The notes below the pieces were generated by a model. That model saw only the letters and a list, made by a program, of their open reading frames with translations. It did no database searches and was not told the DNA's origin. Of a DNA stretch of 64,000 nucleotides, positions 16,733-24,524 are shown piece by piece. The first letter of the stretch is position 1. Each line of letters starts with the position of its first letter. The position numbers and the translations under genes are program-made. The stretch is taken from positions 29,813 to 93,812 of the forward strand of contig JAJEJB010000031.1 in assembly GCA_022828135.1 (NCBI GenBank), given 5' to 3'. The stretch comes from Acidimicrobiia bacterium (GTDB taxonomy: Bacteria > Actinomycetota > Acidimicrobiia > Acidimicrobiales > Aldehydirespiratoraceae).

Positions 16733-17182
16733 ATGGACAACACCGCGCACGACCTGGATGCGGCTGCGGCGACGGATGCGATCCGGCTGCTGCTGGACAC
16801 GGCCGCGATCCGCCGGCTGCTGGCCGCCTGCTGCCATACCCTCGACGACGGCCACTTCGACGAGTGGGTCAAGCTGTACACCGACGACTGCAAGTTCGCC
16901 GTGATGGGGAGCCGCGCTCAGGGGCGTGAAGAGATGCGGGCCATGATCGAGCCCTTCCAGACGACCGAGCTCAGGGGCAAGCACATGATCAGCGAGCCCC
17001 GGATCAACGTGCACGGCGACGAGGCCAACGCCACTACGGACTTCGCCTTCGTGGCCAAGGACAACAAGATCCTGCAGACCGGCCGCTACCACGACGTTCT
17101 TCGCCGGGAGCCCGACGGCTGGCTGGTGGCCGGACGGGAGATCGTGTTCACCGGCGACGAGCCGATCGGCCTCGACGACTGA
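16733..17182 (+). CDS. SnoaL-like/NTF2-fold protein
   Basis: 149 aa, ...IRRLLAACCHTLDDGHFDEWVKLYTDDCKF...GRYHDVLRREPDGWLVAGREI..., the SnoaL_4-like pattern. Confidence 0.75.
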   Translation: MDNTAHDLDAAAATDAIRLLLDTAAIRRLLAACCHTLDDGHFDEWVKLYTDDCKFAVMGSRAQGREEMRAMIEPFQTTELRGKHMISEPRINVHGDEANATTDFAFVAKDNKILQTGRYHDVLRREPDGWLVAGREIVFTGDEPIGLDD

Positions 17183-17197
17183 GGGCGCGGACGGACC

Positions 17198-17410
17198 GTG
17201 GCCCTCGACAAGCTGCTGTCGGGAGCGCCGGCCCGCGACGACCCGGTCGTGGACGCCGGCGGCCGGTTCTCGTCCGCTGATGTGGAGGGCCGGGTCAGGA
17301 CGGTCGCGGCCGCGCTCAAGAGCCTGGCCGCTGCGCTCGACCTCATCGCGTCGGGCGCCCTGCCTGATCAGGCGACTAGCCGACGACCGCAGGACGCGGC
17401 CGGTCAGTGA
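17198..17410 (+). pseudogene. Possible N-terminal remnant of an AMP-dependent acyl-CoA synthetase
   Basis: VALDKLLSGAPARDDPVVDAGGRFSSADVEGRVRTVAAALKSL resembles the first ~45 aa of FadD-type ligases, then loses similarity. It overlaps the 3' end of the peptidase gene. Confidence 0.3.
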
Positions 17411-17892
17411 ACCGGCACGAGCCCGCCGGTGGCGGCCGCCCAACTCACCGCGGCCGCGGTGCCGGCCAGGAGGTAGGGGCCGAGGGGCCGGCTGGCACTC
17501 CGGCCATGTCGAACCAGGACGACCAGCGCCTCTGGCACGGCCAGCACGAACCCCGCCGCGAGGCCCCACAGCGCTACCTCCCAGCCCCACCACCCGCACA
17601 GCAGGCCGTTCAGCACGCTGAGGCGGACATCACCGAAGCCCATCCCGGGCGGGTGGATGAAGTGGACCGCAGCCATGATCGCGCCGCACGTTGCGGCCCC
17701 CAGCACTGCGCCGATGACACCATCCGGCTCGGCCTCGATCAGCGAAGCCACCGCGTAGAGCAGCCACACGATTCCCGCGGTGGGCCATATCAGCCGCGTC
17801 GGCAGCCGGCCGGTTCGAAGGTCGGTCACGGCCAGACGCACACCGGCGCCCAGCCAGCACAGGGCCGCAGCAACGACAAGGACCGCCGGCAC
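17404..17892 (-). CDS. A24-family prepilin/type IV leader peptidase-like membrane protein (orphan)
   Basis: 162 aa and polytopic, with LAVTDLRTGRLP and GMGFGDVRL containing the two catalytic-Asp contexts of A24 peptidases (CpaA/TadV-like size). Confidence 0.75.
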   Translation of the reverse strand: MPAVLVVAAALCWLGAGVRLAVTDLRTGRLPTRLIWPTAGIVWLLYAVASLIEAEPDGVIGAVLGAATCGAIMAAVHFIHPPGMGFGDVRLSVLNGLLCGWWGWEVALWGLAAGFVLAVPEALVVLVRHGRSASRPLGPYLLAGTAAAVSWAAATGGLVPVH

Positions 17893-17904
17893 CGAGTGGT
17901 CCCG

Positions 17905-18277
17905 CTACGGGTCGGGCCGGATGCCGGCTCCCGATTCCACCCGGTCCCGCAACACAGCCGCCAGGCGGGCCCGGTGGTGGCGGGCGTCACCGAACGACAC
18001 GCTGTCGAGATGGGCCCGCTTCAGGTACAGGTACACGTCGGCCTCCCAGGTGAACCCGATGCCGCCGTGGACCTGCAGGGCCGACTCGGCGACCCGCACT
18101 GCCGCGTCGCTGCACCAGATCTTGGCCACCGCCGCGGTCTCGGCCGTCTCACGGCCGCCACTCCCGAGCGCCGTTCTCGCAGGCCCGGCGCACCGTTGCG
18201 ATGTCGCAACGGTCGTACAGCAACGCCCCGGCTGCATCCCGCAGAGCCACCTGGTCGGCCGACAGATCGAAGTCCAC
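17905..18277 (-). pseudogene. Acyl-CoA dehydrogenase remnant with internal deletion and frameshift
   Basis: An N-terminal piece, V(M)DFDLSADQVALRDAAGALLYDRCDIATVRRACENGA (from 18277), is joined out of frame to a C-terminal piece, ...AAVAKIWCSDAAVRVAESALQVHGGIGFTWEADVYLYLKRAHLDSVSFGDARHHRARLA (stop 17905). The ~250-aa middle is absent. Confidence 0.65.
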
Positions 18278-18321
18278 CGCCCCCAGTCTACGAAATCCCT
18301 GTAGTAGGAGACGCATAGGGT

Positions 18322-18363
18322 GCCATGGGCGACGCCGCCCCGTTGTGGCGCGACGCCCATGGC
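18322..18363. repeat. Perfect 10-bp inverted repeat at the junction of two opposed ACAD remnants
   Basis: GCCATGGGCG (18322-18331) and CGCCCATGGC (18354-18363) are separated by 22 nt. Confidence 0.7.
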
Positions 18364-18498
18364 AATCCGGCTAGGGGTCGCTGGCAGCGGTCGTGGCTCT
18401 ACTACCGGGCCGCCTCAATCTTCGCGGGCACCAACGAGATCCAGCGCAACGTCATCGGCGAGCGGACCCTGGGCCTCCCCCGCCAGAGGCCGAGCTGA
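18325..18498 (+). pseudogene. C-terminal remnant (57 codons) of a second acyl-CoA dehydrogenase
   Basis: [57 protein letters not shown]. The [21 protein letters not shown] block is the conserved ACAD C-terminus. Confidence 0.6.
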
Positions 18499-18553
18499 GC
18501 GAGGCCGTGGCCCGAGCGGCCCGTGAGCGCAGCGAACAAGAGCGGGAGTACAC
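18483..18553 (+). repeat. Dispersed repeat, copy C (full core)
   Basis: CCAGAGGCCGAGCTGA, then GCGAGGCCGTGGCCCGAGCGGCCCGTGAGCGCAGCGAACAAGAGCGG (18499-18545), then GAGTACAC. The left flank overlaps the last codons and stop of the ACAD remnant. Confidence 0.85.
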
Positions 18554-18592
18554 AGCTGACCCGGCGCGCCCCTGCTGCGTACACTGACCTGC

Positions 18593-18895
18593 ATGTCGGA
18601 GTTCGCAACGATCGTCTACGAGGTCACCGACCACGGCGCCACCATCACCATGGACCGGCCCCAGGTGGCCAACGCCCAGGACACCCGGATGATCGACGAG
18701 CTCGACGCCGAGCTCGACCTCGCCGACGATGACGACGAGGTGCGGGTGGTGGTCCTGGCCGCCGACGGCAAGCACTTCTCGGCCGGCCACTGGATGCACA
18801 ACACCGCCACCGCCCTGGGCGCGCTGGAGCGACGCATGCAGAAGGGCTCCATGAAGGAAGTCTTCGCCGAGCACCGCGACCCGCAGACCCAGTGA
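18593..18895 (+). pseudogene. Truncated enoyl-CoA hydratase (N-terminal 100 aa only)
   Basis: MSEFATIVYEVTDHGATITMDRPQVANAQD...VVVLAADGKHFSAGH matches the first third of crotonases (compare the gene at 6087), then diverges and stops. The stop overlaps the CoA-transferase start (GTGA). Confidence 0.65.
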
Positions 18896-20094
18896 GGCAG
18901 CCCCTGGCCGGGATCAGGGTGCTCGATCTGGGCACCCGGATCGCGGGGCCGTTCTGCGCCGGAGTCCTGGGGGAGCAGGGCGCCGAGGTCATCAAGGTCG
19001 AGGACCCCGGCCGGGGTGATCCGACCCGCATCAACGGTCCCTTCACCACTGACGACGAGGGCAACCACTACTCGCTGTACTGGTCGGTGGAGGGCCGGGG
19101 ACGTAAGTCGGTGACCATCAACCTGCGCGACCGGCAGGGCCAGGACCTGTTCCGGCGCCTGGCCTCGGTGTGCGACGTGGTGTGCGAGAACTTTCGTCCC
19201 GGCACCCTGGAACGCTGGAACATCGACCCGTCCCGGCTCGATCCCCGCCTGGTCACCGCCCGCATCAGCCTGTTCGGCCAGGACGGCCCCAAGTCGCTGT
19301 ACAACGGCTTCGACCACAACGCCGTCGCGTTCGCCGGGCTGACGCACCTCACCGGGCATGCCGACGGACCCCCGGCACGGCCGGGCCTTCCCATCTCGGA
19401 CTACCTGACCGCCCTGTTCGCTGCCCAGGCCGTGACCAGCCTGCTGTACGAGCGCGACGCCAGGGGTACCGGCACCGGCGGTGTGGTCGACGCCTACCTG
19501 TACGGCTCGGTGCTGCGGATCATGGAATGGACGATCGCGGCCTACGACCGGCTGGGCGAGGTGCGCCAGCGCACCGGCAACCGATCCGAGCGCGCCGCGC
19601 CCCTCGACAACTACCTGAGCCGGGACGGCCGGTACGTGTGCATCGTGGCCGTGCGCCAGCCGGTGTTCGAACGCCTGTGCGAGGCGATGGGCCGGCCCGA
19701 GTTGTCGACCGACGAGCGCTTCCGATCCTCAGGGACGCGCGGCCGCAACCGGGACGAGGTCAACCAGATTGTGGCCACATGGGCGGCCGGACTGGACGCG
19801 GCCACCATCGAGGAGTGCTGCCTGCGCCACAGCGTGCCGGTCGGCATCGTCTACGACGTGGCCGACATGGCGGCGGACGAGCATGTGCGGGTCCGGGGCG
19901 ACCTGTGCACCGTCGACGACCCCGTCATCGGCCCGGTGCGCCAGCAGGCCCCCTTCCCCCGCTTCGATGACGGCTCGCCTCCGGTCCCAGCCGGCGCTCC
20001 CCGGCTGGGTGAGCACACCGACGAGGTGCTCACAAGCCTGCTGGGACTCTCAGGAGCCGAGATCGCCTCCCTGCGAGACCGCAACGTGGTCTGA
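18892..20094 (+). CDS. Family III CoA-transferase (CaiB/BaiF type), paralog 1
   Basis: 400 aa, MRQPLAGIRVLDLGTRIAGPFCAGVLGEQGAEVIKVE...ENFRPGTLERWNI... Confidence 0.9.
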   Translation: MRQPLAGIRVLDLGTRIAGPFCAGVLGEQGAEVIKVEDPGRGDPTRINGPFTTDDEGNHYSLYWSVEGRGRKSVTINLRDRQGQDLFRRLASVCDVVCENFRPGTLERWNIDPSRLDPRLVTARISLFGQDGPKSLYNGFDHNAVAFAGLTHLTGHADGPPARPGLPISDYLTALFAAQAVTSLLYERDARGTGTGGVVDAYLYGSVLRIMEWTIAAYDRLGEVRQRTGNRSERAAPLDNYLSRDGRYVCIVAVRQPVFERLCEAMGRPELSTDERFRSSGTRGRNRDEVNQIVATWAAGLDAATIEECCLRHSVPVGIVYDVADMAADEHVRVRGDLCTVDDPVIGPVRQQAPFPRFDDGSPPVPAGAPRLGEHTDEVLTSLLGLSGAEIASLRDRNVV

Positions 20095-20096
20095 GC

Positions 20097-21860
20097 ATGA
20101 CGTCCGCCGACAGTCATCCCGACAACAGCTCGGGGATCCGCTACGAGCCGGACGACCCGTGCCCTCCGCTGCTGCTGCTCGGCGTAGGCCTTCAGGGCGT
20201 CATGATGATCCTGACCTCGATCGTGGTGATCGTGACCGTCACCGCCCGATCGGGCGGTCAGGACGACGACTACCTGACGTGGGCCGTATTCGCCGCCCTG
20301 ATCATCTCCGGAGCCCTCATCGCGCTCCAGGCCAGCCGGGTCTGGAGGCTTGGAGCGGGCCACATCCTGTTCATGGGCCCCACCACCAACTTCGTGGCCG
20401 TGGCCGTCCTAGCGCTGGAGGCGGGCGGCCCGGCCCTGCTGGCCAGCCTCACCGTGGCCGCCTCCCTCTTCTACCTCATGCTGGCCTTCTGGCTGCCGCT
20501 GCTGCGGCGGATCATCACCCCCGCCGTCTCCGGCACCGTGCTCATGCTGATCGCGGTGTCGGTCCTGCCGATCGCGCTCGAACGGATCCGGGAGGTTCCC
20601 GAGGGCACAGATCCGACCTGGGGGCCCTTCATCGCCTTCGTGACCATGGCGGTGACCGCGGTGCTGGCCCTGCGTGCGCCCCGGATCCTGAAGCCCTGGT
20701 CGCCGCTGCTGGCCCTGTTCGCCGGCTGTGTCGCGGCCGCGGTGCTCGGGGCCTATGAAGTCCAGCCGGTGATCGATGCTGCGTGGGCCGGAATCCCCAC
20801 CGGCGGGTTTCCCGGGCTGGACCTGACTCTCGGAGCGGACTTCTGGACGCTGCTTCCAGCGTTCGTCGTGGTGACCCTGGTGGGCGGTGTCAAGAACATG
20901 GGTGACAGCGTCGCCGTTCAGCAGGCCTCGGCCCGCAAGCCCCGGGTGACCGACTTCCGACTCGTGCAGGGCGCTCTCAACACGAACGGTCTGGGCATCC
21001 TGCTCTCAGGTTTCGTCGGGACGCCGCCCACCACCGCCTACTCGTCTCGAAGCGTGATGCTGATCACCTTCACATCGGTCGCCGCACGCCGGGTCGGCTA
21101 CGTGATGGGAGCCGTCCTTGCCTTGGTGGCCCTGTTCCCGAAGCTCGCCGCCGTCCTGGTCTCCATCCCCAGTCCCGTCATGGGGGCCTACATCCTGGTG
21201 GCCATCGGCACGCTGTTCGTGAGTGGCATGCGAACCGCGGTCAAGGACGGCCTCGACGCCCAGAAAGCCGCCATCGTGTCGGTCGCCTTCGCCGTGGGCG
21301 CAGGCCTGGAGCAGCAGACGATATTCGCCGACCTGCTCGGTGGGGCATGGTCCCCGCTGCTGGACAACGGCGTGGTCATGGGGGCCGGTACCGCCGTCCT
21401 GCTGACGCTGTTCATCGAGGCCACCAACCCCGTGCGCCAGACCCGTCTCGAGGTCGATCTCAGCGTCTCGTCGCTCCCTGAGATAGACCGGTTCCTCTGC
21501 GACATCGCCTCGCGGCTGAGTTGGAACCAGTCGTCGACACAGCGACTGCGCTCGGCCGGGGAGGAGACACTCATCAGCCTGATCCACCCGCGCGGGCCCG
21601 CTCCAGGCGAAGGCCCTCCCCGCTTCATCGTGATAGCCCGCCCGGGCGACGGCCGGGTCGAGCTGGAGTTCCTGGCCGTGTTCGATGAGGAGAACCTCGA
21701 GGACCGGCTGGCGTACCTGAGCGAGGAGGCCGAGGGGGGCCAGGGGATCGAGGAAGGCGAGATCTCCCTGCGGCTGCTACGCCACTACGCGGCCTCGGTC
21801 CAGCACCAGAAGTACCACGGCCTCGACGTGGTGACCGTGCACGTCAGAGGATCGCGCTAG
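20097..21860 (+). CDS. NCS2 (xanthine/uracil/vitamin C permease-like) transporter with ~140-aa C-terminal cytoplasmic domain
   Basis: 587 aa. Residues 1-445 are polytopic, with ...VGGVKNMGDSVAVQQAS...NTNGLGILLSGFVGTPPTTAYS..., typical of NCS2. Residues ~447-587 are soluble (LEVDLSVSSLPEIDRFLCDIASRL...RLRSAGEETLISLIH...RFIVIARPGDGRVELEFLAVFD...). Confidence 0.8.
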   Translation: MTSADSHPDNSSGIRYEPDDPCPPLLLLGVGLQGVMMILTSIVVIVTVTARSGGQDDDYLTWAVFAALIISGALIALQASRVWRLGAGHILFMGPTTNFVAVAVLALEAGGPALLASLTVAASLFYLMLAFWLPLLRRIITPAVSGTVLMLIAVSVLPIALERIREVPEGTDPTWGPFIAFVTMAVTAVLALRAPRILKPWSPLLALFAGCVAAAVLGAYEVQPVIDAAWAGIPTGGFPGLDLTLGADFWTLLPAFVVVTLVGGVKNMGDSVAVQQASARKPRVTDFRLVQGALNTNGLGILLSGFVGTPPTTAYSSRSVMLITFTSVAARRVGYVMGAVLALVALFPKLAAVLVSIPSPVMGAYILVAIGTLFVSGMRTAVKDGLDAQKAAIVSVAFAVGAGLEQQTIFADLLGGAWSPLLDNGVVMGAGTAVLLTLFIEATNPVRQTRLEVDLSVSSLPEIDRFLCDIASRLSWNQSSTQRLRSAGEETLISLIHPRGPAPGEGPPRFIVIARPGDGRVELEFLAVFDEENLEDRLAYLSEEAEGGQGIEEGEISLRLLRHYAASVQHQKYHGLDVVTVHVRGSR

Positions 21861-21931
21861 CCGATGGCTCTTCTCAGCCCAAACGCTGGGCTCCGGCGTG
21901 TAGCTTCCCTTGCCGTGGATCGGCGGCCGCA

Positions 21932-23134
21932 GTGAGACTCCCCCTGGCGGGGCTGCGGGTGATCGACCTGGGATCCCGGGTCTCGGCTCCGTTCTGCTCC
22001 GCGATCCTGGGCGAGCAGGGCGCCGAGATCATCAAGATCGAGGAGCCCGTCCGGGGCGACCGGCTGCGCGAACTGGGTCCCTACGCCCACGACGACGACG
22101 GTGAGCCCTACTCGCTGTACTGGTCGGTGGAGGGCCGGGGCCGCAAGTCGGTGACCATCGACCTGCGCCGCCCTCAGGGCCAGGAACTGCTGCGTTGTTT
22201 GGCCGACTCCAGCGACGTGGTGGTCGAGGGCTTCCGCCCCGGCACCCTCGAACGCTGGAATATCGACCCGTCCCGTCTCGCGCCGCACCTGGTGACGGCC
22301 CGCTTCAGCCTGTTCGGCCAGGATGGCCCGAAGTCGCTGGTGGTGGGCCTCAACGGCAGCGCGCTGGCCTTCAGCGGGCTGATGCACCTCACCGGCGATC
22401 CCGACCGGCCTCCGGCACGGCCGGGTGTGAACATCGCCGGCTACCTGTCCGGCGTGTTCGCGGCGCAGGCGGTCACCAGCCTGCTGTACGAACGCGACGC
22501 CCGCGGCACCGGAACGGGCGGGGTCATCGACGTGTTCATGTACGGCTCGATACTGCGCATCATGGAGTGGACGATCGCCGCTCACGACCGGCTGGGCATG
22601 GTTCGCAACCGCTCGGGCGACAGCCTCGATATCGCGGCGCCGGTCGGCAACTACACCAGCCGCGACGGGCGCTACGTGTACCTCGTCGGTGGTAGCCAGA
22701 CCTTCTTCGAACGGCTGTGCCGGGCCATGGACCGGCCCGAGCTGGCCAGCGACGAGCGCTTCGCCAACGCCGCCGCCCGGGCTCACAACCGGGCCGAGAT
22801 CAACGCGATGGTCGCCCAGTGGGTCTCCGAGTTGGACGCTGACGACGCCGAGGCTCGCTTGGTTGCCTGCGACGTGCCCGCAGGCAAGATCTACGACGTG
22901 GCCGACTTCGCCGCCGACGAGCACGTCCGGGCCAGGGGCGACATCTGCACGGTGCAGGACCCGGTCATTGGACCGGTCCGCCAGCAGGCGCCCTTCCCCC
23001 GCCTAGTGGGCGAGACGCCTGCCGCGCCCGACGGCGCGCCCCGCCTCGGCGAGCACACCGACGAAGTGCTGTCGAGCGTGGTCGGCCTGTCCGCCACCGA
23101 GCTGGACGGGCTCCGAGCCGACGGCATTATCTGA
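21932..23134 (+). CDS. Family III CoA-transferase (CaiB/BaiF type), paralog 2
   Basis: 400 aa, MRLPLAGLRVIDLGSRVSAPFCSAILGEQGAEIIKIE... It is collinear with paralog 1 without gaps, roughly two-thirds identical by eye. A 32-nt identical stretch lies at 19069-19100 and 22109-22140. Confidence 0.9.
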   Translation: MRLPLAGLRVIDLGSRVSAPFCSAILGEQGAEIIKIEEPVRGDRLRELGPYAHDDDGEPYSLYWSVEGRGRKSVTIDLRRPQGQELLRCLADSSDVVVEGFRPGTLERWNIDPSRLAPHLVTARFSLFGQDGPKSLVVGLNGSALAFSGLMHLTGDPDRPPARPGVNIAGYLSGVFAAQAVTSLLYERDARGTGTGGVIDVFMYGSILRIMEWTIAAHDRLGMVRNRSGDSLDIAAPVGNYTSRDGRYVYLVGGSQTFFERLCRAMDRPELASDERFANAAARAHNRAEINAMVAQWVSELDADDAEARLVACDVPAGKIYDVADFAADEHVRARGDICTVQDPVIGPVRQQAPFPRLVGETPAAPDGAPRLGEHTDEVLSSVVGLSATELDGLRADGII

Positions 23135-23175
23135 CCCCCGGCACTCCTTCAGCCGGGACCGGCGGCCCGGGTTGC

Positions 23176-24351
23176 TCAGTTGACGCGCTGGATGAGGGTG
23201 CCGGTTCCCAGGCCTCCGCCGCAGCACATCGAGACCAGGCCGTAGTCGCCGTCCGTGCGCTCCAGTTCGTGCACTGCCTTGGTGGTGAGGATGCAGCCGG
23301 TGCCGCCCAGGGGGTGGCCCAGCGCGATGGCCCCGCCGTTGGGGTTGGCCCTGGCCGGGTCGGCGCCGACGGTGCGCTGCCAGGCGATCACCACCGACGC
23401 GAAGGCCTCGTTGACCTCGAACACGTCGATGTCGTCGATGGTTATCCCCTCGCGTTCGAGTACCCGCTCGGTGGCCGGTATGGGACCCTCCAGCATCAGC
23501 ACCGGGTCGCAGCCCACCAGCGCGGTCTGGGCGACGCGGGCCATCGGCTTGAGCCCCAGCTCAGCCGCCTTGTCTGCCGACATGAGCAGCACCGAGGCGG
23601 CGCCGTCGGCGATCTGCGACGACGTGCCCGCCGTGTGGATGCCGTCGTCGCGGGCCACCGGCTTGAGCGCGGCCAGCGCCTCCAGGCTGGTGTCTCGGGG
23701 CACCTCGTCGCGGGAGAACTCCACGGTCTCGCCGGTCTTGCGGCCGTCCTCGTCCACCAGCACCGCATCTATGGGCACGATCTGGGTCTCGAAGCGGCCC
23801 TCCTGCTGGGCGGTGGCCGCCCGCAGCTGCGACTCCAGTCCGAGGTCGTCAGTGTCCTGGCGCGAGATGCCGTAGGCGGTGGCGATGCGCTCGGCGCCCT
23901 CGAACTGGCTGGTGAACTCGTAGTGGCTGAAGTAGCTGCGCGACACCGGCTTGCCCGGACCGTTCATCACGTTGGCCGCCAGAGGCACCATCGACATCGA
24001 CTCCACACCGCAGGCCAGCACCGTGTCCTCCGCGCCCGAGGCGATCAGGCTGTAGGCCAGGTTCACAGCGTGCTGGGACGAGCCGCACTGGGAGTCGACC
24101 GTGGAGCAGGCTGTGGCCTGGTCGCCGCCATGGGAAAGCCAGGCGGTGCGGGTGATGTTCATGCCCTGGGCACCGACCTGATCGATGCAGCCGCCCACCA
24201 CCTGGTCGACGTCGCCGCTGGTGATGCCGGCCCGGTTCAGGCACTCCATCTGCACCGGTCCGAGGATGTCGGCCGGGTGGGTGTGGGCCAGCGTCCCGTT
24301 GCGCTTCCCTACCGCTGAGCGCACTGCCTCCACGATCACTACGTCGGTCAT
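23176..24351 (-). CDS. Thiolase (acetyl-CoA C-acyltransferase family)
   Basis: The ATG at 24351 starts MTDVVIVEAVRSAVGKRNG...VDSQCGSSQHAV (active-site Cys)...NPNGGAIALGHPLGGTGC...CCGGGLGTG. Confidence 0.9.
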   Translation of the reverse strand: MTDVVIVEAVRSAVGKRNGTLAHTHPADILGPVQMECLNRAGITSGDVDQVVGGCIDQVGAQGMNITRTAWLSHGGDQATACSTVDSQCGSSQHAVNLAYSLIASGAEDTVLACGVESMSMVPLAANVMNGPGKPVSRSYFSHYEFTSQFEGAERIATAYGISRQDTDDLGLESQLRAATAQQEGRFETQIVPIDAVLVDEDGRKTGETVEFSRDEVPRDTSLEALAALKPVARDDGIHTAGTSSQIADGAASVLLMSADKAAELGLKPMARVAQTALVGCDPVLMLEGPIPATERVLEREGITIDDIDVFEVNEAFASVVIAWQRTVGADPARANPNGGAIALGHPLGGTGCILTTKAVHELERTDGDYGLVSMCCGGGLGTGTLIQRVN

Positions 24352-24440
24352 GGCGTGTCCCTTTCTCGCGTGCCCCGGCAGCCTACGCGCTTCGTTTGCC
24401 GACAATTCGCCCGGCCGGCGGGTCCTGTCGTCGAGGCCGT

Positions 24441-24474
24441 CCGACCGACGGGGCTTCGCCCCATTGTCGGTCGG
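24441..24474. terminator. Strong GC-rich hairpin between MaoC and thiolase genes (terminator/attenuator candidate, no U-tract)
   Basis: CCGACCGAC-GGGGC-ttc-GCCCC-att-GTCGGTCGG gives 9 + 5 bp of stem with a 3-nt bulge. Confidence 0.4.
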
Positions 24475-24524
24475 CCGTTCCTCGCCGCCACCCCCCGGCC
24501 TTCCGGGTCGCGCCTTCTGCCCGG

